Shown here in pieces: positions 11,072-22,812 of a stretch of DNA of 64,000 nt. The notes beneath the pieces were generated by a model, which saw only the letters and a program-made list of their open reading frames with translations, did not search any database and had not been told where the DNA came from. The stretch's first letter is position 1. Each line of letters begins with the position of its first letter. The translations under genes and the position numbers were made by a program. The stretch is from Squalus acanthias (taxonomy: Eukaryota), in the NCBI GenBank assembly GCA_030390025.1, contig CM059432.1:806001-870000 (forward strand), read 5' to 3'.

Positions 11072-12160
11072 ATACAAAGTCAAAATACTGAGGATGCTGG
11101 AAATCTGAAATATAAACAGAAAATGCTGGAAATACTCAGCAGGTCAGGCAGCATCTGTGGAGAGAGAAACAGAGTTAACGTTTCATGTCGGTGACCTTTC
11201 GACAGAACTGGAAAATGTTAGAGGTGTAACAGGTTTTAAGCAAGTGCGGGGGGCAGGGAAGGGTGGGGGTGTGGAGGAAAGATTAAAAGGGAAGGTCTGT
11301 GATAGGGTGCAAGGTAGGAGCAATTAAATGACAAAAGGGATGATGGCAATGGGACAAGTAAATAACCAAAATCGAAATGGGATACACAGTAAAGGGCCCT
11401 GCCCGCCCTTCTGCCTTCACCCCTTCCCCTCCCTCCTGGAACCACGATTGGTTTTCCCTTGTCCTCACCTTCCGCCCCACCAGCCTCCACATTCAACAGA
11501 TATTCGTCCGTCATTTCCGCCACCTCCAGCGTGATCCCACCACCAAACACACCTTCCCCTCCCCTTTCAGCATTCCGAAGAGACACCCTGGTCCACTCCT
11601 AAATCACCCCAAACACCCACTCCCCTCCCCACGGCACCTTCCCATGTAAGCGCAGGAAATGCAACATCTGCCCTTTCACCTCCTCCTTTACAATGTCCAG
11701 GGTCCCAAACACTCCTTCCAGGTGAAACAGTGATTTACTTGTACTTCTTTCAATTTAGTATACTGTATTTGCTGCTCACAATGTGGTCTCCTCTACGTTG
11801 CCATGATGTGGAGATGCCGGTGTTGGACTGGGGTGGACAAAAGTGAGAAGTCGCACAACACCAGGTTATAGTCCAACAGTTTTATTTGAAATCACAAGCT
11901 TTCGGAGAGGCTGCTCCTTCGTCAGATGAACCTTCACCTGACGAAGGAGCAGCCGCTCCGAAAGCTTGTGATTTCAAATAAAACTGTTTCGGACTATAAC
12001 CTGGTGTTGTGCGACTTCTCACTTTTGTCCTCTACGTTGGGAAGACCAAACGCAGATTGGGTGATCGCTTTGCAGAACACCTCCGTTCAGTCCGCAAGCG
12101 TGTTCCTGAGTTTCCGGTCGCCTGTCATTTTAATTCTCTGCTCCATTCCCACTCTGACCT
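11072..12160 (+). mobile_element. Penelope-like retroelement fragment: inverted pLTR (11072-11395) plus RT-thumb/GIY-YIG coding remnant
   Basis: LVLTFRPTSLHIQQIFVRHFRHLQRDPTTKH; VYCICCSQCGLLYV|GKTKRRLGDRFAEH (GIY-YIG) rejoins across the insertion at 11801-12030. Confidence 0.85.
11801..12030. mobile_element. Hairpin-shaped Penelope pLTR insertion with two opposed hammerhead motifs (11892-11929 -, 11934-11971 +)
   Basis: About 96-bp inverted arms (11835-11930 and 11933-12030), TSD (TC)CTCTACGTTG, and a CTGACGA...GAAAGCTT core in each arm. Confidence 0.75.
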
Positions 12161-12881
12161 GCACAGAGCAGGATTAAAAATGGAGTGGACTTAAACAGAG
12201 TGTTTTATTTGGGAATTTGGAAAGAGTGGGAATTTGGAGAAGAGGGGGAAGGAGTTGCTGCTTTTTGCCTACACTACTTGTAGTGCTTTGTGTACAGGTA
12301 GATATTTAATTTCAGTACCCATAACTTAATCTAGATCAAGTAAGTAGCCAAGAAACAACACTGTAAACTAAGTTACCTAATTACAAATTTAATTACATTT
12401 AAGTAAATAAAACAAGGTCATAAGATGTGCGGGTTAGGTTGGATTTGGCTATGATAAATTGACCCTTAGTGTTAGGGGGGGGATTAAATACGGGGATAGG
12501 GTGGGATATGTGTCGGTGCAGGCTCGATGGGCCGAAATGGCCGAAATGGCCTCTATCTGCACTGTGGGGATTCTGTGATTCTGATCCTAACTCACACCAA
12601 GACCCATTCACCCATCATCCGAACTTATATAGGGATTGCAGTGCAGGTGGTGTGCCGCAACTGCAGCAGTGGGAGTTTGTGGAGAGCATTGTGATCCCGG
12701 ACAACCACGTTTGCAGCAAGTGCCTGCATCTTGAGGAACTTCAGCTCAGAGTTTTTGAGCTGGAGTCCGAGATGCAGACATTGCGGGGCAGCAGGGATGG
12801 GGAGAGTTACCTGGACACTTTGATCCCGGAGGCAGTCACACCCCTTAGGTTAGGTAGTGGTACAGGTCTGGTTAGTGGTCA
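12160..12881 (+). mobile_element. CR1 5' region / ORF1 N-terminal zinc-finger-leucine-zipper remnant, with a SINE 3' fragment at about 12425-12585
   Basis: WEFVESIVIPDNHVCSKCLHLEELQLRVFELESE in ORF 12469-12894. Confidence 0.65.
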
Positions 12882-13343
12882 GGGGCAGTACTGAGGGAGC
12901 GCTGCACTGTCGGAGGGGTAGTACTGAGGGAGCGCTGCACTGTCGGAGGGGTAGTACTGAGGGAGCGCTGCACTGTCGGAGGGGTAGTACTGAGGGAGCG
13001 CTGCACTGTCGGAGGGGTAGTACTGAGGGAGCGCTGCACTGTCGGAGGGGTAGTACTGAGGGAGCGCTGCACTGTCGGTGGGGTAGTACTGAGGGAGCGC
13101 TGCACTGTCGGAGGGGCAGTACTGAGGGAGTGCTGCACTGTCGGAGGGGCAGTACTGAGGGAGTGCTGCACTGCCGGAGAATTAGTACTGAGGGAGTGCT
13201 GCACTGTCGGAGGGGCAGTACTGAGGGAGTGCTGCACTGTCAGCGGGCCAGTACTGAGGGAGTGCTGCACTGTCAGAGGGGCAATACTGAGGGAGTGCTG
13301 CACTGTCAGAGGGCCAGTACTGAGGGAGTGCTGCACTGTCGGA
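12882..13343 (+). repeat. 33-bp tandem array (~14 units) amplified from the Deu-SINE interior; SINE body continues to about 13660
   Basis: Unit GTACTGAGGGAGCGCTGCACTGTCGGAGGGGTA; 11-aa periodicity in the ORF track. Confidence 0.95.
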
Positions 13344-13993
13344 GTTGCCGTCTTTCGGATGAGACGTTAAACCGAGGCCCCGTCTGCTCTCTCAGGTGGA
13401 TGTAAAAGTTCCCACGGCCACTATTCTGAAGAAGAGCAGGGGAGTTCTCCCCGGTGTCCTGCCTAATATTTATCCCTCGACCAACATCACTAAAAAGCAG
13501 ATTATCACATTGCTGTTTGTGGGAGCTTGCTGTGCGCAAGTTGGCTGTTGTGTTTCCTACATTACAACAGTGACTGCACTTCAAAAAGTATTTGCTTGGC
13601 TGTGAAGTGCTTTGGGATGTCCTGAGGTCATGAATGGCGCTTTAGAAATGCAAGTTCTTTCAGGTTAGGATTAGTGGGTTTGAATGCTTTAGTGGTAATT
13701 TTTTACAATCTCTGAGAATAGGACACTGTGATCCCTCACATAAAGGCTGTTAAAAACAGTCCCTTTCACTAGAATCAATCGAACTTTCTGAAAAGTGCGT
13801 CCGGCACTTAAGCTGCAAACTGTGTCCAGACAATCAGATGAATGAAGTTAAAAGCGATAGCTCCGATTGTAACTGCAGCGCACGAAGGGGTCGAAGCGAG
13901 CGTCAAGCTCACACGGTGTGCTGGTCTCAGCCCCAGCCCGTTTCAACCCTCCCCAACCTCAACTGCGTCTGTGGGCCGTTTCCAGGCTTAGGC

Positions 13994-14332
13994 TTCAGGG
14001 TCTAGGCCAAGGGTTCAGGGTCGGGGCCAAGGGTTCAGGGTCGGGGCCAAGGGTTCAGGGTCTGGGCCAAGGGTTCAGGGTCTGGGCCAAGGGTTCAGGG
14101 TCTGGGCCAAGGGTTCAGGGTCTGGGCCAAGGGTTCAGGGTCTGGGCCAAGGGTTCAGGGTCTGGGCCAAGGGTTCAGGGTCTGGGCCAAGGGTTCAGGG
14201 TCTGGGCCAAGGGTTCAGGGTCTGGGCCTAGGGTTCAGGGTCTGGGCCAAGGGTTCAGGGTCTGGGCCAAGGGTTCAGGGTCTGGGCCAAGGGTTCAGGG
14301 TCTAGGCCTATTGTTCAGGGTCTAGGCTAAGG
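13994..14332 (+). repeat. 20-bp G-tract minisatellite (~17 units)
   Basis: Unit TCTGGGCCAAGGGTTCAGGG. Confidence 0.95.
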
Positions 14333-14344
14333 GTCCCACCAGGC

Positions 14345-15951
14345 CTGGTGAGAATCACATACCTAGCGGGAGGGAGGGAATCACACATCTGGCGGGCAGG
14401 AATCACACACCTGGTGGGAGGGAGGGAATCACACACCTGGCGGGAGGGTATGAATCATACACCTGGCGGGAGGGTGGGAATCACACACCTGGCGGGAGGG
14501 AATCACACACCTGGCGGGAGGGAGGGAATCACACACCTGGCGGGCGGGAGGGAATCACACACCTGGTGGGAGGGTATGAATCACACACCTGGCGGGCGGG
14601 AGGGAATCACACCTGGCGGGGGGAGGGAATCACACACCTGGCGGGAGGGAATCACACACCTGGCGGGGGGAGGGAATCACACACCTGGCGGGGGGAGGGA
14701 ATCACACACCTGGCGGGAGGGAATCACACACCTGGCGGGAGGGAATCACACACCTGGCGGGGGGAATTCACACACCTGGTGGGCGGGAGGGAATCACACA
14801 CCTGGCGGGAGGGAGGGAATCACACACCTGGCGGGGGAGGGAATCACACACCTGGCGGGGGGAGGGAATCACACACCTGGCGGGAGGGAATCACACACCT
14901 GGCGGGGGGAGGGAATCACACACCTGGCAGGGGGAGGGAATCACACACCTGGCAGGAGGGAATCACACACCTGGCGGGGAAGGGAATCACACACCTGGCG
15001 GGAGGGAATCACACACCTGGCGGGAGGGAATGGCGGGGGGAGGGAATCACACACCTGGCGGGAGGGAGGGAATCACACACCTGGCTGGGGGAGGGAATCA
15101 CACACCTGGCGGGGAAGGTATCACACACCTGGCGGAAGGGAATCACACACCTGGCGGGAGGGAATCACACACCTGGCGGGGGGAGGGAATCACACAGCTG
15201 GCGGGAGGGAGGGAATCACACACCTGGCGGGAGGGAATCACACACCTGGCGGGCGGGAGGGAATCACACACCTGGCTGGGGGAGGGAATCACACACCTGG
15301 CGGGGAAGGTATCACACACCTGGCGGAAGGGAATCACACACCTGGCGGGAGGGAATCACACACCTGGCGGGGGGAGGGAATCACACAGCTGGCAGGAGGG
15401 AGGGAATCACACACCTGGCGGGAGGGAATCACACACCTGGCGGGGGGGAGGGAATCACACACCTGGCGGGCGGGAGGGAATCACACACCTGGCGGGAGGG
15501 AATCACACACCTGGCGGGAGGGAGGGAATCACACACCTGGCGGGAGGGAATCACACACCTGGCGGGAGGGAGGGAATCACACACCTGGCGGGGGGAGGGA
15601 ATCACACACCTGGCGGGGGGAGGGAATCACACACCTGGCGGGAGGGAATCACACACCTGGCGGGGGGAGGGAATCACACACCTGGCGGGAGGGAATCACA
15701 CACCTGGCGGGCGGGAGGGAATCACACACCTGGCGGGGGGAGGAAATCACACACCTGGCGGGGGGAGGGAATCACACACCTGGTGGGAGGGAATCACACA
15801 CCTGGCGGGCGGGGGGGAATCACACACCTGGCGGGGGGAGGGAATCACACACCTGGCGGGAGGGAGGGAATCACACACCTGGCGGGAGGGAATCACACAC
15901 CTGGCGGGAGGGAATCACACACCTGGCGGGAGGGAATCACACACCTGGCGG
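14345..15951 (+). repeat. 22-26 bp VNTR (~65 units)
   Basis: Constant GGAATCACACACCTGGCGG plus a variable G/A spacer. Confidence 0.95.
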
Positions 15952-16407
15952 GTACAGGATTTCGGGCAGATGGAGGACACCAGCAGGCACCATCTTGTCG
16001 GGAACACTGCGGGAAACACCGCTTGCCATTTCAACCACCCACCCCGTCACATTCCTGACGGGCAGGCAGGGTTAAAATTTGACAGTTTGTGTAAAATTAT
16101 GTGTAACATTAAACAGTTTAAAATGAAGTTCATGTTTCTGAAAAACTTTACCAAGGACACTAAGCTTATTTTGGTTAAATTCTAAACTTGAAGTTTGCTT
16201 TGATTTAAAAACTTTGACAAAATACAGTTCCTTGGAGGAGGGGCGATGGGTTTCTTGTAACTTTTTTGGCAAATGTGTACAGTGCCTATATTTCCTGTTT
16301 TGCAAAGGACTGATGAGACACAGAGAAGAGAACATTTTTATTACTGTTTAGATGATTTAACAGCTGTAGGAATCATTAGTGGGTTGGATCACAGACACAT
16401 ATGTTTA

Positions 16408-16942
16408 GTGTCAGCTGTGGCTCAGTGGGCAGCACTCATCTATTGAGTCATGAAGGTTGTGAGTTCAAATCCCACTCCAAGAGACATGAGCACAAGATCT
16501 TGTCTGACACTCCAGTGCAGCGCTGAGGGAGTGCTTGCACTGTCGGAGGGGCAGTACTGAGGGAGTGCTTGCACTGTCGGAGGGGCAGTACTGAGGGAGT
16601 GCCGCACTGTCAGAGCTGCCGTCTTTTGGATAAGACGTTAAACCGAGGCCCCGTCCGCTCTCTCATGTGGATGTAAAAGATCCCATGGCACTATTTCGAA
16701 GAGCAGGGGAGTTCTCCCCGGTGTCCTGGCCAATATTTATCCCTCAATCAACATCACTAAAACGGATTATCTGGTCATTATCACATTGCTGTTTGTGGGA
16801 GCTTGCTGTGTGCAAAGTGGCTGCCGCGTTTCCCACATTACAACAGTGACTACACTTCAAAAGTACTTCATTGTCTGTAAAGCTCTTAGGGACATCCTGA
16901 GGTCGGGAAAGCCGCTATAGAAATGCAAGTCTTTCTTTCTTT
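16408..16942 (+). mobile_element. Full-length Deu-domain SINE with the internal unit triplicated
   Basis: A and B boxes, three copies of the ~33-bp unit at about 16515-16612, Deu core, tail. Confidence 0.9.
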
Positions 16943-17739
16943 GAGTGCCAATTTCAATTAACAGCATCTTTCTTAAATGATTAGGAATAAATTTAAAGTA
17001 ATTGCGGCATTCCCAAACTCTGTCATTGAAAACATTTCTGATAATATATGGTTGAAAGTATACAAGTAATTCTGGCAGAAGGCCTGGCCTTTATCAGATT
17101 CTAGTTAGCGAGTGTTGCATGACTGAGTCTTCAGGCATTTGCCTCAACCTGTAAGAACTTGAATAAATGGCAAATTTATGAAGAATTATGTACCTCTAAC
17201 TTTCTGACTGCAAATGCAGCTGTCCGATTATGTTTCACCCACAGCTTACACTGTGGAGCGGTTTGTAATATAAAAACAAGGTATTTTTGTACATTAGATT
17301 ATTATTATAAATGTTGTCCATAAAGTTTTTCTTTCCTGTGAATGAAATTACAGAGATGCATTTAAGGGGAAGCTAGATAAGTACAAGAGGGAGAAAGGAA
17401 TAGAAGGTTATGCTGATAGGGTGAGATGAAGTAGGGTTGGGAGGAGGCTCGAGTGGAGCAGAAACACCGGCACGGAACCATTGGGCCGAATGGCCTGTTT
17501 CTGCGCTGTAAAATTCTATGTAATTCTATGTAATATATCCTGCTGCCGTGGTTGTACACCATTTACTTTAGCATTATTGTCACTTTTAGACATCAGAATG
17601 GACTCAACAATTGTTGCCGATGCCGATACTGGTCGGGTTAATGATAGCAGTGTTATACTGTGAAACATTCATCAAGTTAATGGTAAATTGATAAATATTT
17701 GAAATTCGATTTGAAGCAGAGGAAGGTATAGAGAGGTAT

Positions 17740-18987
17740 AGAGAGAGCGGGACAGTGGAATTAGTTTGGGATTGTTACAGGTCTATGGGGAGAGAGCGGG
17801 GCAGTGGGATTAATTTGGATTGATACAGGGCTATGGGGAGAGAGCGGGGCAGTGGGATTAGTTTGGGATTGATACAGGTCTATGGGTAGAGAGCAGGGCA
17901 GTGGGATTAGTTTGGGATTGATACAGGTCTATGGGTAGAGAGCGGGGCAGTGGGATTAGTTTGGGATTGATACAGGTCTATGGGTAGAGAGCGGGGCAGT
18001 GGGATTAGTTTGGGATTGTTACAGGTCTATGGGGAGAGAGTGGGGCAGTGGGATTAATTTGGATTGATACAGGGCTATGGGGAGAGAGCGGGGCAGTGGG
18101 ATTAGTTTGGGATTGATACAGGTCTATGGGTAGAGAGCAGGGCAGTGGGATTAGTTTGGGATTGATACAGGTCTATGGGTAGAGAGTGGAGCAGTGGGAT
18201 TAGTTTGGGATTGTTACAGGTCTATGGGGAGAGAGCGGGGCAGTGGGATTAGTTTTAGATTGATACATGGCTATGGGGAGAGAGCGGGGCAGTGGGATTA
18301 GTTTGGATTGATACAGGGCTATGGGGAGAGAGTGGGACAGTAGAATTAGTTTTAGATTGATACAGGGCTCTGATGAGAGGGTGAGATAGTGGGATTAGTT
18401 TTAGATTGATACAGGGCTATGGGGAGAGAGCAGGGCAGTGGGGTTAGTTTGGGATTGATACAGGGCTATGGGGAGCGAGCAGGGCAGTGGGGTTAGTTTG
18501 GGGATTGATACAGGGCTATGGGGAGAGAACGGAGCAGTGGGATTAGTTTTGGGATTGATACAAGGATGTAGGGAGAGAGCGGGGCAGTGGGATTAGTTTG
18601 GGATTGATACAGGGCTATGGGGAGAGAGTGGGGCAGTGGGATTAGTTTGGGATTGATTCAGGGCAGTGGGGAGAGCGCGGAGCAGTGGGGTTAGTTTGAG
18701 ATTTATACAAGGCCATGGGGAGGGAGCGGGACAGTGGGATTAGTTTGGGATTGATTCAGGGCAGTGGGGAGAGAGTGGAGCAGTGGGGTTAGTTTGAGAT
18801 TTATACAAGGCCATGGGGAGGGAGCGGGACAGTGGGATAGTTTGAGATTTATACAAGGCTATGGGGAGGGAGTGGGACAGTGGGATTAGTTTGGGATTGA
18901 TTCAGGGCAGTGGGGAGAGAGTGGAGCAGTGGGGTTAGTTTGAGATTTATACAAGGCTATGGGGAGAGAGCAGGGCAGTGGGATTAG
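17740..18987 (+). repeat. 48-49 bp minisatellite (~25 units) derived from a CR1 ORF2 terminus
   Basis: Unit GGGCTATGGGGAGAGAGCGGGGCAGTGGGATTAGTTTGGGATTGATACA reads GYGERAGQWD*. Confidence 0.9.
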
Positions 18988-20050
18988 AATTGCAACGGCC
19001 TGCAGAATATAGGAAATTTAACCCTGTACACAAGGTAACATGATCAAATATCATGGAGAAAGTTACAGGTCAGTTTAAACAGATTTGTGTTACATTTTTT
19101 TAAAAGAAATAATTGTGACAAACATAAAATGCTAGCATGGAGTGCTGAAATGATATTCTGCATGCTAAACCCAAAGGGCCGTGTACAACGTTCATCTCTC
19201 ACAGACTCTTCCCCAACGTATTCAGTCTCGTGAGGGAGGCAGATAACCATGGGTAAATTTCTCCTTGATGCCGAAAGATAATCAAGCAAAATCTCCAGGA
19301 TATCAGTCTGCTTTGCAGTCTACACGAGTCAGTCCTGACCAGCAGAATTTCTCGGATGACTTTCCCATGATTCCAAAAGGATGGGGTCATAGTTTTGCAA
19401 AGTATCTGATGATTTGTGTTTATACTTATCCCGATAACTATGAGACGTTTAAGTAATCAAAGAATCTTACAGCACAGAAGGAGGCCATTCGGCCCATCGT
19501 GCCTGTGCCAGCTCTTTGAAAGAGCTCTCCAATTAGTCCCACTCCCCCCCCCTGCTCATTCCCCACAGCCCTGCACATTTCTCCTGTGTCTCAATTTATT
19601 TTTTACTGAGCCTTTTGTGAGGTGACTGTGTGGCTGCTGTGGATGAAGGCGGTTGGAGTTGTGTTTGAGATCAGGATCCTGAATGCTTGATACTTTGAAA
19701 AAATGTAGTAAATTTCCAGGCCATTATTCTTCATTTTACTTTCCCCAGCTGTCATGTGAGAGCTCATTTTATGTTTTTATGTTAAATTATTATTACCGAC
19801 TCCCTTATGTCCCCCTTGAGGTCTCCAGTGGTTAGATAAAGATCAGAGCCATTTATTTAATCTTTCTTTCAAGTTAAGCAAGCTGCAGAAAATACAATGT
19901 GCAAGATATTTAGAAAATCCTTGTTTTCTGCCAGTCTCAATCCAGACTGAATTGGACTTGCAGCAGAAAATGATCCCTATTTTGGCACTGAAAGGTATTG
20001 TTTACAAAATCCTGTGCAGCCCATTGAATTGAATGCCTGAATTCCCAATT

Positions 20051-20493
20051 TAAAAAAAATTAATTCACGGGATGTGGACGTTCCAGCAAGGCCAGCATTT
20101 ATTGCCCATCCCTAGTTGCCCTGAGAAGGTGGTGGGGAGCTGCCTTCTTGAACCGCTGCAGTCTTGATAAAACTGAGTGTCTTGCTGAGCCATTTCACAG
20201 GGCAGTTAAGAGTCAACCATTTGCTGTGGGTCTGGAGTCACATATAGGCCAGGGTAAGGACGGCAGGTTTCCTTCCCTAAAGGACATCAGTGAACCAGAT
20301 GGGCTTTTATAACAATCCAGTAGTTTCATGGTTACCATTACTGATACTCGCTTTTATATTCCAGATTTATTTAATTAATTGAATTAAAATTCCCCAGCTG
20401 CCTGTGGTGGAATTTTAACTCACGTCTCATCAGATCATTAGTCCAGGCCTTTGAGTTACTAGTCCAGTAACATAACCATTATGCTACCGTACC
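20051..20493 (-). mobile_element. tRNA-derived SINE (second family)
   Basis: Reverse complement of the SINE at 5257-6488. Confidence 0.8.
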
Positions 20494-20966
20494 TCAGGTC
20501 CCAGCAGATAGAGTTCCATGGCAGGAGTGTGAATCTATAAAATATACTCTTAAAACTGCAATCTGATTGAGGGAGGGCAAAGGATGGCCAGTATAGAAAA
20601 TGGCAAATTCACACCCTGGTGCAGTTGGGGTGCTTGTCTGAGGATGGGGATGAGGCACATTGTTGGGATGGAATAGAGGAATCTTTGCTCTGCATCGAAT
20701 CATGCTATACCTGATCTCGGAGCACTTAATGATGACAGCCGGAGCTCAAAATTGGAAAATGTCCCCAGCGCTGGCATCCCTGATCTTGATGAGCATAAAA
20801 TTCACGAAAAAAACACCCACAAAATATGAAACAATCTTGGTTTAATGGGGTGATCGTAAAGCAGTCATATTAATCATATCCAATTTGCCTTGCAATCCAA
20901 TGCTTACTTGCAAACTCACAGAAACAGTGGGCAGGTATTAGTAGACGTTTCCAAGCAGACACTATT

Positions 20967-22780
20967 GGGGGCAATTTTAACCTAACGCACCCATCAGGAA
21001 ACTGACGGGATGGAGTGCAACGCAAACTCCCTGAGTGTTTTAACCCTCACTGGGGGTCCTCACTGCCTGATCCCAGTACTGACCCTCACTGGGGGTCCTC
21101 ACTGCCTGATCCCAGTACTGACCCTCACTGGGGGTCCTCACTCCCTGATCCCAGTACTGACCCTCACTGGGGTCTTCACCCCCTGATCCCAGTACTGACC
21201 CTCACTGGGGGTCTTCACTCCCTGATCCCAGTACTGACCCTCACTGGGGGTCCTCACTGCCTGATCCCAGTACTGACCCTCACTGGGGGTCCTCACTGCC
21301 TGATCCCAGTACTGACCCTCACTGGGGGTCCTCACTCTCTGATCCCAGTACTGACCCTCACTGGGGTCTTCACCCCCTGATCCCAGTACTGACCCTCACT
21401 GGGGGTCTTCACTCTCTGATCCCAGTACTGACCCTCACTGGGAGTCCTCACTCTCTGATCCCAGTACTGACCCTCACTGGGGGTCCTCACTCCCTGATCC
21501 CAGTACTGACCCTCACTGGGGGTCCTCACTCTCTGATCCCAGTACTGACCCTCACTGGGGTCTTCACCCCCTGATCCCAGTACTGACCCTCACTGGGGGT
21601 CTTCACTCTCTGATCCCAGTACTGACCCTCACTGGGGGTCCTCACTCCCTGATCCCAGTACTGACCCTCACTGGGGGTCCTCACTCCCTGATCCCAGTAC
21701 TGACTCTCACTGGGGGTCCTCACTCTCTGATCCCAGTACTGACCCTCACTGGGGGTCCTCACTCTCTGATCCCAGTACTGACCCTCACTGGGGGTCCTCA
21801 CTCTCTGATCCCAGTACTGACCCTCACTGGGGGTCCTCACTCTCTGATCCCAGTACTGACCCTCACTGGGGGTCTTCACTCCCTGATCCCAGTACTGACC
21901 CTCACTGGGGGTCCTCACTCTCTGATCCCAGTACTGACCCTCACTGGGGGTCCTCACTCTCTGATCCCAGTACTGACCCTCACTGGGGGTCCTCACTCTC
22001 TGATCCCAGTACTGACCCTCACTGGGGGTCCTCACTCTCTGATCCCAGTACTGACCCTCACTGGGGGTCCTCACTCCCTGATCCCAGTACTGACCCTCAC
22101 TGGGGGTCCTCACTCTCTGATCCCAGTACTGACCCTCACTGGGGGTCCTCACTCTCTGATCCCAGTACTGACCCTCACTGGGGGTCCTCACTCTCTGATC
22201 GCAGTACTGACCCTCACTGGGGGTCTTCACTCCCTGATCCCAGTACTGACTCTCACTGGGGGTCCTCACTCTCTGATCCCAGTACTGACCCTCACTGGGG
22301 GTCCTCACTCTCTGATCCCAGTACTGACCCTCACTGGGGGTCCTCACTCTCTGATCCCAGTACTGACCCTCACTGGGGGTCCTCACTCTCTGATCCCAGT
22401 ACTGACCCTCACTGGGGGTCCTCACTCTCTGATCCCAGTACTGACCCTCACTGGGGGTCTTTACTCCCTGATCCCAGTACTGACCCTCACTGGGGGTCCT
22501 CACTCTCTGATCGCAGTACTGACCCTCACTGGGGGTCTTTACTCCCTGATCCCAGTACTGACCCTCACTGGGGGTCTTCACTCCCTGATCCCAGTACTGA
22601 CTCTCACTGGGGGTCCTCACTCTCTGATCGCAGTACTGACCCTCACTGGGGGTCCTCACTCCCTGATCCGTGCCTGATTTTGCTCTCCATTGAGGTCAAT
22701 ATTGGACGGGGTGTAAACCAGTGTTTCCTCCCGATCCCATGGGCTTCCCGCCTGACGAGTTAGGTTAATATTACCTCCCC
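20967..22780. mobile_element. Small MITE carrying a 1.6-kb minisatellite in its centre
   Basis: Ends GGGGGCAATTTTAACCTAAC and GTTAGGTTAATATTACCTCCCC are inverted repeats. Confidence 0.65.
21043..22668 (+). repeat. 39-bp minisatellite (~42 units)
   Basis: Unit ACTGACCCTCACTGGGGGTCCTCACTCTCTGATCCCAGT. Confidence 0.95.
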
Positions 22781-22812
22781 TAGGAGGGTGCAGCAGATAA
22801 CTAAACTCTACC

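Noticed and set aside
14345..15951. CRISPR-like constant repeat with variable spacer
   Set aside because: Spacers are only a few low-complexity G/A bases, there are no cas genes, and the context is eukaryotic; it is a VNTR.
19205..19252. Short ag..gt exon-like segment
   Set aside because: No laminin similarity, a stop in the phase-0 frame, and a weak donor.
12857..22659. Long repetitive ORFs (12857-13405, 13918-14325, 14348-16185, 21526-22659)
   Set aside because: They are stop-free readings of tandem repeats, open in several frames, with no splice or domain support.
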